Source of the DNA: an uncultured Gemmatimonadales bacterium
GTDB lineage: Bacteria; Gemmatimonadota; Gemmatimonadetes; Gemmatimonadales; GWC2-71-9
Assembly (NCBI GenBank): GCA_963836815.1
Contig: CAWILD010000013.1
Location: forward strand, 105,166 to 169,165
Direction of reading: 5' to 3'
DNA length: 64,000 nt
The notes under the pieces are model-generated. The model worked only from the letters and a program-made list of their open reading frames with translations, did not search any database and had not been told where the DNA came from. The position numbers were made by a program, and so were the translations under genes. The first letter of the stretch is position 1. Each line of letters begins with the position of its first letter. This document shows, piece after piece, positions 39,217-52,508 of the stretch.

Positions 39217-40593
39217 AACGCGAACGAGATGGCGTAGAGCAGGTTGTACGTCGTGACCTCGATCCGGGTCGTGCTGGTCACGCCACCGAGCGAGGGGCCG
39301 ACCAGGCGCTCCTCGCTCGTCCCCCGTGAGCTCGAAAGGCCCGCCGAGGCCTGGAGCCGCCCGGCGCCGAAGGACACCCCACCCGAAAACCCGGTCAGAT
39401 CCAGCTGGCGGAACAGCGAGGTCTCCGGGATTGTTGACCGGCGAGTCGTCGGTGAAGAATCCCGCGTGCACTCGAAAGCTGGGTGAGAATGCGTAGTGGC
39501 CGCCGATCGCGAGGTTGTAGACGGCCTTGGTGTCCTCGACGATGTCCGCGAACGCGGCGTTGCTCGACCGTCGGCACCCCGGCCGCGTCGGTGGTGATGA
39601 TCGTGGCCAGGAATGTCGCTGTCGAAGATGACATAGGTGTCCCGGCTGCCGTGATACCTGAGATCCGCCTCGATCTCCGCCTTCCCGAAGGTGATCGACG
39701 CACCCACCGTCGCCTTCAGGGGGAACTTGTAGTCGAAAGTGGCCTCGGGATCCCGGAAGAACAGATCACGCGAGCCGTCACCGGAGAACTGGGTGAACTG
39801 GTAGATCACGAGGCTCGACCCGCTCACTCGAAGGCCTGGCGAGGTGATCGTCGCACCGAGATGGATGTTGGAGGCCAGGTCCACCTGGACGCCTCCGGTC
39901 AGGAGCAGTCCGCCGGTGTTGCCGTCCGTCTCCATGCTCCTGAGTGCGGTCTGCGCGGTCGGCGGCTCCAAGAACCGATCAGAGAGGGAGGCAGCGCTGG
40001 TTCAGAGAGGTGATGGCGAAACCCCACGCTGGCGCCCAGCCGCACGCGGTCGGACAGCCGATAGCCGACGGCCAGCGGCGGGAATCGAGGTGGTCAGGCT
40101 GACCGAGGACGAGAACAGGAGCCCTTCCGCTGCGGTCGCGCCGACGCTTCGCAGCTCGCCTTCGATCTCGACTCGGCTGCCAGGACACCGGCTTGGTGAA
40201 CGAGAAGCCAAGGCGCCAGCGGTCCGACTTGATGATCGGCGCGCCGATGACGCCGCCGAAAAAGGAGCCGATCGTGCTGAACCGGGTGCCGCCCCGGGCG
40301 GTCTCCGTCCCGACTAGAGCGAGCCCCGTGAACTCGTAGGCATTGGCGCTTGCGTTCAACGAGCTCCGCTCGCTCTGGGCGAGGCCCGCGGGGTTGTACC
40401 AGTTGGCGCCGGCGTCGTTGGTCCGCGCCACGAAGGCGTTGGCCTCGATGCCCTCCCGCTGGCCGATGCTGATTCGATCATAGTTGGGCAATGCACTGCC
40501 TGCCGGAATGGCGAAGTCACCGGTCTGCCCAGCGGCCATTCCCGGTATCGCGATCATTCCCAGCCCGAGGACGATGCCGACGAGTCGAATCAT
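39213..40593 (-). pseudogene. FadL/OMPP1-like outer-membrane transporter, heavily frameshifted (at least four frame changes)
   Basis: The N-terminus is good (signal peptide, ..DAGANWYNPAGLA..) and so is the C-terminus (..TTYNLLYAISFAF). Plausible peptide jumps between ORFs 39979-40626, 40002-40211, 39213-39971 and 39395-39703. Confidence 0.55.
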
Positions 40594-40666
40594 TTGAGGT
40601 ACGCGACCCCGAAATCGAGGCTCCAAATCGAGGCTCCAGTGATAGATGCCGTACGATGTCCCTGGC

Positions 40667-41045
40667 TTAGAACGCGTAAACCCCGCCGAACCGCCAGCCG
40701 CTGACCGCGTAGCTGATCTTGCCGGTGCGGTCGATGCCGGCCCTCCAGCTCGTGCCGCCGTCCGGGCCGCCAGCGGAGTGCGAGACGCGGCTGCAGGGTG
40801 GTGCTGCCAATCGCAAGGTTGTCCTCGAGGTCGATCTCGGTACCCTCCCCGGTATCGGGATCGATGCGGATCTTGGTTCCCAAGACCAGCAGCGTCCCCG
40901 AGGCCGTCGCCTGAAACCGATCGTAGAGATGGCTCCGGGGCACATCCTGGGCCTCGAGGAGCCCAGGTCCCATTGCCGCCACGAGGGCGACGGCGAGAAG
41001 CTTCAGCTTTTGTCGTGTGGCCCCCCAGGCTCGAGTGGAACGCAA
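40667..41045 (-). pseudogene. Small outer-membrane protein with an apparent frameshift near 40745-40760
   Basis: Signal peptide and N-terminus in ORF 40590-41045. C-terminus ..GKISYAVSGWRFGGVYAF in ORF 40667-40945. Confidence 0.5.
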
Positions 41046-41046
41046 C

Positions 41047-41655
41047 CTAGCTGATCACCTTCTGCGCCTTCATCTCCTTGACCGTCTCCGCGATGATATC
41101 GTCGATCATTTCATTGACCGAGCTGGGATTGGTAGTCTGGCTCCGGCTGGCCCACAGGAGCTTCTCGTCCTCGACACGATAAATATTGGTGTCGAAGTTC
41201 ACCAGTTGGTCCTCTTGGACGTATCCAGGGTCGTACATGGCGCCGTACGCGGAGTAGCCGCCATAGCCCCACCCTCCGTACATGCTGTGGTATCCCATGG
41301 GCACGACGTAGGCCGACCCCGGGACGTAGGTGGCTGACTTGTCGACGCTGACGAGCCGCAGCATGACCACTCCATCGAAGCCTCCGTCGCGAAGCGCTGC
41401 CTTGGTCCGTTCCCGGTCCCCGAGCTGGTCATCCGAGAGGACGGAATACGAGGGTTCCGAGCCTTTGATGGCAGCGGCCAGCCGGTCCTCGACCGTGCGC
41501 CGGGTGCCGTCGTCTTTACAGGCGCAGACCGTCAGGACCTTCTTGAACTTGACGCCCGGGGCCGAGGGATCCTTCCAGCTGTTCACCAGCTCCGTGCTGG
41601 TCGTGGCGCAGCCGGCCAGGAGAACGGCGGCGACGACACCATGCCTGAGTTGCAT
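41047..41655 (-). CDS. Conserved hypothetical lipoprotein (paralog of 38257-38850)
   Basis: ATG 41655 inside track ORF 41047-42093. Lipobox LLAGC. Intact. Confidence 0.75.
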   Translation of the reverse strand: MQLRHGVVAAVLLAGCATTSTELVNSWKDPSAPGVKFKKVLTVCACKDDGTRRTVEDRLAAAIKGSEPSYSVLSDDQLGDRERTKAALRDGGFDGVVMLRLVSVDKSATYVPGSAYVVPMGYHSMYGGWGYGGYSAYGAMYDPGYVQEDQLVNFDTNIYRVEDEKLLWASRSQTTNPSSVNEMIDDIIAETVKEMKAQKVIS

Positions 41656-41858
41656 AGGGCAGTTCCTTTCGTCTATCGGTTCGGGCGAGGTTGTGATCCT
41701 CACTAACTTGGGGGGGCCACCGCTCCCGAGCCAGTGCACTTCAGTGCGGTAACTTCGCCCGAGCGCGAGCCTTGGAGCCATCCTCGCGAGGACACTGAAG
41801 GTTGGGGACGGCTGGGCGGCCGCGATACTGAACCTTCGGCCAGTATGGCCTCGGAGGC

Positions 41859-42281
41859 TCAGTTCGAGTCGGCCTGACGGCCAATGGCTAGCTGGATGGC
41901 GTCGATCAGGGACTGGTCGTCGAACGGCTTCTGCAGGTAGGCCGCGGCGCCTGCCTTCCGGGCGCGCTCCTGGGTCGTCGGATTGTCGAAGGCCGTGATG
42001 AAGATGATCGGAAGCGGCACGGAATTGGCTGCGAGCGCGGCCTGGAGCTCGAGCCCGCTCATGCCGCCGAGATGGATGTCGAGGACCAGGCACTCGGCCG
42101 AGGTCTCGGGCGACTGGAGGAACTCTTCGGCTGAAGCGAACCCTTCGGTGCGAAACCCGCGGAGGGCCAGGAGGCGCCTCAACGCGCGGCGGAAGGACGG
42201 ATCATCCTCGATGACAGCGACCACCGCGCCTCCAGGGTTGCCGGCGGGAGGATCAAGGCCGGCGTAGCGTTGAGTACCCAT
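41859..42281 (-). CDS. Stand-alone receiver (CheY-like) response regulator
   Basis: VAVIEDDPSFRRAL...LVLDIHLGGMSGLEL...KPF. Paralog of 24990-25349. The start is taken at ATG 42281. Confidence 0.8.
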   Translation of the reverse strand: MGTQRYAGLDPPAGNPGGAVVAVIEDDPSFRRALRRLLALRGFRTEGFASAEEFLQSPETSAECLVLDIHLGGMSGLELQAALAANSVPLPIIFITAFDNPTTQERARKAGAAAYLQKPFDDQSLIDAIQLAIGRQADSN

Positions 42282-42316
42282 GTGACAGGCTACAGGTCCG
42301 CCGGCCCACCGGACAG

Positions 42317-42330
42317 TGGACCTTGGTCGA
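42317..42330. promoter_or_regulatory. Copy E of the palindromic motif (TGGACCTTGGTCGA)
   Basis: In the 59-bp gap between the two regulator genes, 36 nt upstream of ATG 42281 (minus strand). Confidence 0.45.
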
Positions 42331-42340
42331 GTCACCGCCT

Positions 42341-43030
42341 TCAGGCAGTCGCTAGCGGCTCCGATCGCTCCGGGGAAGGGAACCGGCCCGCGCGGGCGTG
42401 GAGATCGGGCCGCGGGTCGTCGAGGTGGAGCCGGTGGGCCAACGACACGAGCTCCGCCACGGAGCCCAGCTCGAGTTTCCGCATCACGTGGCCGCGATGC
42501 ATCTTGACGGTGCCTTCCTTGGTACCGAGCACGCCCGCGATCTGTTTGTTCAGCATCCCTCTCGCGACCAGGCGAAAGACCTCGTACTCCCGCGGGGTCA
42601 ACTGCCCCAGCCGGTCATCCAGCTGGTGCTCCTCCTCGCGCTCCCTCCGGCGCTCCCGATCCTTCTCCAGTCCCCGCTCCACGGCATCGAGCAGTTGGGC
42701 CTCCTGGAAGGGCTTGATGAGGAAGTCCGCGGCACCTCCTTTCATCGCCTGAACACAGGTCGCCACATCGGCGTACCCGGTCATGAAGACGATCGGGGTC
42801 GGCACGCCCGAAGTCGTGATCAACTCCTGCAGCTCGAGCCCTGTGAGGTCGGGGAGGCGCACGTCGAGGAGGAGGCACCCGGGACGGTCCGGGGCCGGAC
42901 GGTTGATGAACTCCGTGGCCGACGCGTAGGATTCGACGTCGTAGCCAGACGCCTTCAGCAGGCGTTCCAGAGCCCGGCGGAACGAAACGTCGTCGTCAAC
43001 TAGGAAGACGGTCGGCATGTGGCTGTCCAT
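42341..43030 (-). CDS. Response regulator, NarL/FixJ (LuxR-type HTH) family
   Basis: Receiver domain plus [46 protein letters not shown]. Paralog of 24295-24990. Confidence 0.9.
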   Translation of the reverse strand: MDSHMPTVFLVDDDVSFRRALERLLKASGYDVESYASATEFINRPAPDRPGCLLLDVRLPDLTGLELQELITTSGVPTPIVFMTGYADVATCVQAMKGGAADFLIKPFQEAQLLDAVERGLEKDRERRREREEEHQLDDRLGQLTPREYEVFRLVARGMLNKQIAGVLGTKEGTVKMHRGHVMRKLELGSVAELVSLAHRLHLDDPRPDLHARAGRFPSPERSEPLATA

Positions 43031-44854
43031 CGATTCCTGACTCCTTGACAGTGGTAGCGTTCATGATCCGCCGGACGTTCACGTCCCCGTTGGTCACACA
43101 GATCGGAAGCGTGAACGAGACGATCGCTCCGCCTGACGGGTTGTTGTATGCCCGAATACGCCCGCCATGCGCGTCGATGATCGAGCGGCTGATCGAGAGA
43201 CCCATGCCGAGACCATCGGACTTGGTGGAGAAGAAGGGATCATACATCCGGCGCATCACTTCGGGCGAGAAGCCCTGGCCCTGGTCCTGCACCGCGACCT
43301 GCACCAATGTAGGTCGCGGCAGCGATGTGCGCACCACCAGGCGCCGTCGCTCCATCGGGGTCGAGGTCATGGCCTCCATGGAGTTCACCAGGAGGTTCAG
43401 GATGACCTGCTGGAGCTGAACCCGGTCCCCCACGACTCCCGGCAGGTCGGGCTCGAGCTGCGGCATGACCCTGACCTGCCTGAGGATGGCATCGGACGCG
43501 ATCAGCCGGAGCACGTCGTGGGTGATCTCGTTGAGGTCGACCGGCTGCAAGTTCAGCTCCCCTTTCCGGAGCAGTGCTCGCATGCGCTTTATGACCTCGC
43601 TGGCGCGCAGGTCGTCGGCCGCGACGTCCTCGAGGATCTCGGAGAGCAGCTCGGTCTGCGGCGGCACGAGTCGGATCAGTCGGCGAGCGGCCTGCACATT
43701 GGTGAGAATGGCACCAAGCGGCTGGTTGAGCTCGTGGGCCAGCCCGGCGGCCAGCTCGCCCAGCGTGGCGGCCCGCGCGGCATGCGCCGCTTCGGTGCGA
43801 TGCAGGATCGCCTCCGCCTCGGCCCGCTTGCGCGAGGTGCAGTCACTGTGGGCGATCACGGCGCCGCCCCCGGCCGTGCGGAGGGGAGCCACGACCATCT
43901 CGTGCCAGCGGTCGCCATCCGGTTCTGCCTGGCAGTACTCGAGCCTCTGGTCCTCGAGTGCCAGACCCGACAGCATCTGCTCCACGGCCTGGTACATCCC
44001 CTCCGCGATCGGTCCGGGAACCGAGCGCAGGGCGGTGAGGTAGTTGACGCCGGTCGGGGGCAGCCCCGCGCCCGGCTCGAGCCAGGCAGGGTTGACCTGG
44101 ATGATCTTTCCCCAACGGTCCAGCACCGCGACCCGCGCCGCCAGGGAGGACAGCACGGCCGTACTCATCGCGTCGCTGCTTCGAATCGCGGCCTCCGCAT
44201 CGCGTCGCGCCAGAGCGCCGGCAAATACCTCCCCGATGAGCTGGATCCCCTGCACCACCTCCTCGGGCCAGGCGCGCTCCCGATGGAGCATGAAGACCGC
44301 GAGAAAGCCCAGGGTGCGTCCGCTGACCGACAGCGGCACCGCCAGGAGCGACTGCACGCCGGCGGCTTGGAGCGCCCGGCGATCCACCGCAGCATCGCTC
44401 GGCAGCTGGTCGAGGCTGGCCACGCCGACGACGCGGCCCTGGCGGATCTCAGAGGCACAGAAGACGAGGTCGCGGCTGAACTGGTCCACCGCCGGAGTCC
44501 GGGCTGGCGAACAGCCTCACCTCGGCCCGGTCCAGGCCGAAGGGGCCGAGGATACCGGTGAGCCAGCGCTCCAGTTCGGCGTCGATCCGGGCCGCCGGCG
44601 CGTGGACGAAGTCGGAGGAGACCTCGCTGATTACCCGCTCGAACCGGAGCCGGTCGTCGAGCGCGCGCTGGACCCGCCCGCGGCGCCGATAGGCGGCAAC
44701 CAGCGCGAGCAGCAGCACCGCCTGGATGGCCATGATCAAGGCCCCGGCCCACCACCCCTCCCCGGCAAAGGGATGGAGCAGCAACAGCGCGGCGGTCGGC
44801 TCCGATCAGGACACAGACCGCCCGCGCGCCAGGGGTTTCCGTGCGGGTCGACAT
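42996..44854 (-). pseudogene. Sensor histidine kinase (2 TM, GAF, PAS, HisKA, HATPase) with apparent frameshifts near 44490 and 44800
   Basis: Core in ORF 42996-44489 (H-box [35 protein letters not shown]). N-terminus in ORFs 44449-44784 and 44165-44854 (MSTRTETPG...). Confidence 0.75.
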
Positions 44855-44932
44855 TGGGGATAGTTGCCGGGGCCCGGCAAAGGCCGGAGCCGGGCTCTCT
44901 TAAACACGCATCCAGCGCCGCGGGCCGCAACT

Positions 44933-44946
44933 TAGACTTTGGTGCA
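44933..44946. promoter_or_regulatory. Copy F of the palindromic motif (TAGACTTTGGTGCA; reverse complement TGCACCAAAGTCTA)
   Basis: In a divergent region, 79 nt from ATG 44854 (minus strand) and 54 nt from ATG 45000 (plus strand). Confidence 0.45.
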
Positions 44947-44999
44947 AGGTCGGAGGAGGCCGCCCCGGGTCTATCATTTGGCATTCCGCTAGGGGGATC

Positions 45000-46204
45000 A
45001 TGCCAGTGAAGGTCCTGTCGTGTCTGGTCGTCGCGTTCGCATCCACCGTGGCGGCCCAGACCCCCGACACGGCAGGGCAGTCCCCACCCCAGCGGGACCT
45101 CATGGATATAGCTCGCAAGGTGTTGGGGGGCGACCCCGATTCCGCCACCTTGGTGGCTCCGGACTCCGGCGAAGCAGGGCTGACCGTCGCGCTGCTACCC
45201 GCCTTCTCGGTCAACCCGGCCACCGGACTCCTCCTCGGCCTGTCCGCCACCGCGATCGGCCCCAGCAATCTGACGGCTCCGCCGGCCGCCGTGTATGGCT
45301 CGGTCAGCTACACCACCAAGAAACAGCTGAAGGTCGCCGTCCGCGGGAACGTCTACTCCCGCGACGGCAAGCTGGCGCTGACCGCGGACTGGCGGTATCA
45401 CGACAACAACCAGCCGACATACGGGCTCGGGCCGGCCCCGCCGAGCACCAACCAGCATGACATGAACTTCAAGCAGGTCCGGCTCTCCCAAACGCTGTCC
45501 CGGAAGCTGAGCGGGCCGATTGTACGCGGGGTGCCGGTTACCACCTGGAGACTTACTTCGACATCGTTGACCTGGATACCGTCCCCGGCCAGCCGAGTCC
45601 GTTCGAGCAGTACAGCGGGCCGGGGGTTACCCAAACGCTGTCGAGCGGGATCTCGGGCCAACTCCTTTACGACTCGCGGGATAGCCCAGTATACCCGACC
45701 GGCGGCCAGTACGCCGCGGCCGCGTTCTATCTCTATCCCACCTGGCTCGGCAGCGACTACACCTGGCAGGCGATGATCCTGGAGGGCCGGATTTATCCGA
45801 GACTCACCGATCCCAGAACCGGGACCTTGGCGCTGTGGGCGCGGGGGTGGTTTACTCTCGGGCATACGCCGTACATGGAGCTTCCGGCGATCGGGTGGGA
45901 CGCAGCGTCGCGCACAGGACGGGGATACGTCCAGGGACGGATCCGGGCGGAGAATCTGGTGTACTTCGAGGCGGAGTATCGCATCATCTTGTCCAAGAAC
46001 GGGCTCTGGGGAGCGACCGGCTTTCTCAACTTCACTTCGGCGAGCGACCCCGTCACCCGCTCCCTTCAGCCGCCCAACATCGGCGGGGGTTTCGGCCTGC
46101 GGGTAAAGCTCAACAAGCGGTCACATACCAACATCACGCTCGACCTGGGGCTCGCCGCCGGCAGGTCCCACGGCCTGTTCCTCGGCACGGGCGAGGCATT
46201 CTGA
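45000..46204 (+). pseudogene. Outer-membrane barrel protein (Omp85/surface-antigen-like) with an apparent frameshift near 45520-45535
   Basis: N-terminus in ORF 45000-45776. The rest is in the frame of ORF 45773-46204 (YHLETYFDIVDLD...GRIRAENLVYFEAEYR...GLFLGTGEAF). Confidence 0.6.
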
Positions 46205-46212
46205 GGCCTTTA

Positions 46213-46226
46213 TGGACCAAGGTCCA
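46213..46226. promoter_or_regulatory. Copy G of the palindromic motif (TGGACCAAGGTCCA, perfect inverted repeat)
   Basis: 9 nt after stop 46204 and 21 nt before GTG 46247. Confidence 0.5.
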
Positions 46227-46246
46227 ATGGCGGGACGTTCCCGCCA

Positions 46247-46651
46247 GTGACAGCGTGCGGCATGCCCGCCGCTTCGCAAGCGTCTGCCGTCTCGCCGAGC
46301 GCTCAGGAGCTCGCGATCCAGCGAACCATTCTGGCGCTCGACCGGACCCAGATGGCATGGATCCGGACTGGGCTTTCTATGCTGACCTTCGGCTTCAGCG
46401 TCGTGAAGTTCTTCCAGTTCCTGCGCCAGCAAGGAGACAACCGCCACGCCGATCAGCAGCCCCGCGAGCTGGGCATCCTGATCATGGCGACCGGGTTCCT
46501 GGCGCTGGCGTTCGCCACTTGGCAGTACGTGGGCTCCCATGATAAGCTGGGGACCCCGCTGCGACTGTTCAACTCCCCGACACTGATCGTGACGGCGGTG
46601 TTGCTGATGATCCAGGCACTTGCCCTCTTCTGGGCGCTCACGGGTAGGTAG
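46247..46651 (+). CDS. DUF202 (YidH-like) membrane protein
   Basis: LAIQRTILALDRTQMAWIRTGLSMLTFGF followed by further TM helices. Confidence 0.75.
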   Translation: MTACGMPAASQASAVSPSAQELAIQRTILALDRTQMAWIRTGLSMLTFGFSVVKFFQFLRQQGDNRHADQQPRELGILIMATGFLALAFATWQYVGSHDKLGTPLRLFNSPTLIVTAVLLMIQALALFWALTGR

Positions 46652-46702
46652 TGTCGTACGCACTCGCAGGTAGCAGTCGCTCAACCCCAACCGGACCTTC
46701 AC

Positions 46703-48089
46703 ATGATCAAGCGCACAGCGACCCTCGGTGTCATGCCTGCTGCTGACGCTGGCGTCAGCGGGCAAGGCCTCCGCGCAGTCGCCAGGGACCTTCGAGATCG
46801 GCGGCTTCGCCCGCTACAGCTTCTTTGACGACGATCTCAATCTGGAAGACAAGGTGGGCGGTGGGGGAACGCTCGGCATCTTCCTGGCCCGGAATCTGGC
46901 CCTGGAGGCCGAGGGCGCGTACACCAAGACCAACCCCGAAGGGGTGCCGACGTCAGTATCACGAACACCCCGATCCGGGGCCGGCTCACCTACCACATTC
47001 CGCTGGGGGGCTGGGCCAGCGCGATCCGGGTCGGGGCGGGGTATGTGCGGGACATGTACGGCGACGAGGCGGACTTCGACGGCGACGGCGCCACGGGGGT
47101 CCTCGGACTCCGCGTGGGATTGAGCCAGACCTTCGCGCTCAACATCGACGGCACCGTCGATTACGTCCCTAGCCCGCCGGACGAAACGGGCCTCGACAAT
47201 TACATGAACCTCGGGGTCCAGGGCGGTCTTGTCCTCCTGTTCGGTAACGACTACGACAAGGACAAGGACGGGCTCATGGACAACAACGATAGCTGTCTCG
47301 CCACGCCCGTCGGCGAGCAGGTGGACACACGCGGGTGCTCGGCGAGCCAGCGCGACACCGACCGCGACGGCGTGAAGGACAACGCGGACCGGTGCGCCAA
47401 CACCGCCTCGGGAGAAAAGGTGGACGCGAACGGCTGCTCCGCCGCGCAATTGGACAAGGACCTCGACGGCGTTACCGACACCGCCGACAAGTGCGCCAAC
47501 ACACCGTCCGGGCAGGAAGTGGACGCGAACGGCTGCTCGGCGAGCCAGCGGGACGTGGACGGCGACGGGGTGATGGACGACGCGGACAAGTGCCTGGATT
47601 CCGCACCTGGCGAGCCGGTAGATCCCCAGGGCTGCGCCCGCGATACCGATGCCGACGGCGTCAATGACGGCCTCGACAAGTGCCCCGGCACCCCCACTGG
47701 CCAGGCCGTGGACGAGACCGGCTGCGCAGTGTTGTTCCAGGGCGCCGAGCGGTCGGTCATCCTTCAGGGCGTGAATTTCACGACCGGCAAGGCCGAGCTG
47801 ACCGATGCCTCCAAGGCGATCCTGGTGGAGGTGGCCCACTCGCTCGCTGCGAATCCGGGTACCCGGGTGGAGGTCGTCCGGCTACACGGACAACACCGGG
47901 TCTCGAAAGACCAACCTCCGGCTCTCACAGCAACGGGCGGAGGCGGTCGAGGCGTTCCTGATCCAGAACGGGGCCTCGCCGGCTCAGATCTCGGCCAAGG
48001 GCTATGGTGAGGAGAGCCCAGTAGCGGACAACAAGACATCCGCCGGGCGGGCCCAGAACCGGCGCGTCGAGCTGCATCGCCTGGACTAG
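46703..48089 (+). pseudogene. OmpA-family outer-membrane protein with thrombospondin type-3 (Ca-binding) repeats; about three apparent frameshifts
   Basis: The main body is ORF 47045-48010, with repeated D.D.DG..D..D.C motifs. The OmpA C-terminus (GYTDNTGS...RAQNRRVELHRLD) is in ORF 47805-48089. The N-terminus is in ORF 46728-47123, and an MIKRTATLG start at 46703 lies in another frame. Confidence 0.7.
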
Positions 48090-48106
48090 CGAGAATCGAG
48101 GAACCT

Positions 48107-49788
<1,682 letters not shown>

Positions 49789-49813
49789 CGGATCTTCCGG
49801 CGCCCCAGGCCGG

Positions 49814-50223
49814 TCAGGGTGCCGGTGTCAGGCTGAAATCCGCGCGCCCGCGCGCCGAGGCCAGGGTCAACGTCAGCGTCCAGTCACCCGGCGTCCCCAC
49901 GGCTGTCTCGGAGTCCAGATTGCAATCCAGGAGCGTCGAATCCACTACCTGCCCTGCGGCGTCCTGCACGACGAGGATGCCGTAGCCGTGGTGAATGAAG
50001 CTGTTGTGGCGGACCGCGGCCTTCGGACGCCGGGTTGGACCACACGAACGTGAACTGGTCGTTGACGTTGCGCATGTCGGTCGCGAGGAACGCGAAGCTC
50101 TCCGGCGTGTTGGTTACCACCGGATTGTTCGTCTCGTCCAGCTCACGCACGATCGAGTCGGCGCATCCCAGGGTCAGCAGGAGCCCGAGTCCGGCTGAGG
50201 ACCTTCGCGGTCGAGGCGGTCAT
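49814..50223 (-). pseudogene. Small hypothetical lipoprotein with two apparent frameshifts
   Basis: ATG 50223 lies in an ATGA overlap with the upstream gene. The lipobox LLLTLGC, the middle part (ORF 49884-50150) and the tail ...ADFSLTPAP are in different frames. Confidence 0.45.
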
Positions 50224-51627
50224 TGTTCCACCTGATGCCATCGTGGAAGTGTCATTGAGGCAAAGAGTCGCAACTCGGACAGATCCTCGTCGACATCCGG
50301 GTTGAAGGTGTAGCGGCTGTGGCGCCAGACGCGACTAAACCCGGCACCGAAGCCGAACTTGCCGTTGCGGAGATAGCCGCGCGCCTCGGCGTTGAAAACA
50401 AACAGGTGGTGCTGGCCGGGAAATCCGCTCACCACAGGGAGAAAGACGTAGCCGCCATTCACCTGCGCCACTCCTTTCCCCGTCCACACGGCCGATCCCG
50501 CCAGCCTCCCTCCCAGCCCGATCCCGTAGTCGTAGTCCCGGCCCTCCGCCGTCACGAAATAGTCCGAGCGGATTGCGGCGATCGGGTTGAACCGTGCCAA
50601 TGCCTCGCCGGTGAAGCCGAACTCGCCTTTCGAAGCTCGGGTGATGATTCCGCCCTGGAAGCCCTGGGCGCCAAAGTCCAGGATGGGATTGCTGATGTAC
50701 TCGTAGGTCATGAAGAGGGCGAGCAGGGTGGACTGGTTCCCCTCGCTCAGCGGCCTGGCGGCCAGGTTGCCTCGGACGCGAAGCTCCTGAAGCGCCTTGC
50801 TGTTCTCGGAACGGCTCGCGAGCGTGCCGGTGAACTGGAAGGCCGAGAACGGCGCCTTGCCGAGATCGGCAAACTGGTCCCCGTAGATACCGGTGAAGCG
50901 GACGAACACCTGGTCGGTGGAGGATTCGGCTCCCCCCGACAGGTCACTGGATAAGTGGCGATAACCCACGTCCATGGCGGCCTGGATGGTGCTGGGGCGC
51001 CAATCCGGCGGGTTCTCCGAGATCCGCCCCATCTCGCCCCGGACGAGCCGGTTGAATCCGCGAACCGGGTTGATCGCGGTAGCCCCGACCTCGCGCCATA
51101 GCCGGTTGCTCCCGGTCGCCTGGTTGTCGAGCACGAGAGAGGAGAACCGCCAAAGCATCTCTCCCAGGGTGATACCGCCGAGCGTCGTGTTGGCGAGATC
51201 GTTGGGCGAAGGCGCCCAGACCTCGCCGAACAACTCCCACATGAGACTGCCGCCGAACGCCCAGGGCGTGGATTCCCAGAAGTTGTACCCGTTGGCCCGA
51301 CCGGCGTTGAAGTAGAGGCTCCCGTGGTAGGGATGGGCGAACTGGTTGTTGTTGAACTTGTTGTTGTCCCACTGCCAGGGGTATTTCAGGTTGTCCGCCC
51401 AGGTCTTGGGTACTGATATCCGCCCACTCGCCATCCAGGACGGTCTTGGTGAAGAACCAGGGGACGAACTGGACCGCCATCAGCTCGCCGGCCCCGGCCC
51501 AGAAGCGCTTCGGCGGATTGCAGTCAGGACAATCGGAGGGACTCTGACCCGTAGCGGGCCGCGGGCAGACCAGCAGCAGGGCAGCGCACGCGGCCGTCGT
51601 CGCCAGGGTTCTTTGCCGGGTGGGCAT
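50220..51627 (-). pseudogene. DUF3943-like secreted protein with an apparent frameshift near 51410-51425
   Basis: The signal peptide and N-terminus are in ORF 50944-51675, starting at MPTRQRTL (51627). The body is ORF 50220-51434 (WDNNKFNNNQFAHPYHGSLYFNAGR...). The family name is from memory. Confidence 0.5.
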
Positions 51628-52450
51628 CAGGCGGTTGTCTCCTGGGCGGTGTTCCTGGCAGGCGCCGCAAACCACTGGTCGCGGGGCACGACTTTGGCCT
51701 GCTCGGGATCGCCCTCGTAAGCGGGGGTCATGATCTGCACGCCGTGCTCGTTGAACACGTCCAGGATGTTCTGATGCAGGGCGGTGTAGAGCGCCATAAT
51801 CGCGCGCGGGTTGTCACAGTATGCGTTGATCTCGTAGTCCACCGCGAAGTTCCCCAGCGCCTTTTGGAGAACGAACGGGGCCGGCTGCCGCAAAAGTCCC
51901 GGGCGTGCGCCCCGCGGCCTCGAGCAGCATCGCCTCCACCTGGCGCCAGGGCGTCTCGTACCCGATGCCGACGATCGTGTGCAGGATCAGCCCGGCATCC
52001 GTCGCCAGGGTGCTGAAATTCACGACTTCGCTGTTGAGGATCAGAGAGTTGGGGATCACGATCTGCTCGTTCTTGGGGGACCGGAGGTACGTCGACAGCA
52101 GGCGGATCTGCGACACCTCGCCGATGTGCTCGCCGACCTTCACCGGTCCCCCAGCCTGAATGCGCGCCGGAAGGCGAGACTCTGTCGGCACCAGGTTCCC
52201 GATCACCGACGGCGAGCCAGCGAGGATCGGCGGCGAGCTCTTCGATCCGCTCCGCGATCGCGGCGGCGCGGCGGTCGGCGGGGTAGGCGGACACGCCGCG
52301 AACCCGGAACAGGGTGGTGCCGTCCAGCACGACGGGCGCGGTGACCGGCTCGGCCTGGTCGACCGAGGCGGAATCCTGCGCTGCGGCCGTGGCGTTCCAC
52401 GCCACGACCCCGGCGGTCAGGAGCAGGGATATTCGGCGCAAGCCGGGCAT
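51627..52450 (-). pseudogene. MscS-family mechanosensitive channel remnant (the TM region is missing, plus frameshifts)
   Basis: Signal peptide and periplasmic N-terminus (..AAAIAERIEELAADP) join directly to the end of TM3 and the beta-domain (IGNLV..RAFRLGD..VKVGEHIGEVSQIRLLSTYLRSPKNEQIVIPNSLI) and then the C-terminal domain. Only about 274 codons in total, spread over three frames. Confidence 0.6.
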
Positions 52451-52508
52451 GCGTACCGACTTCGAGGTGGAACACACAAATTGCTACGGCCCGGCCCGGG
52501 CTGTCTCC

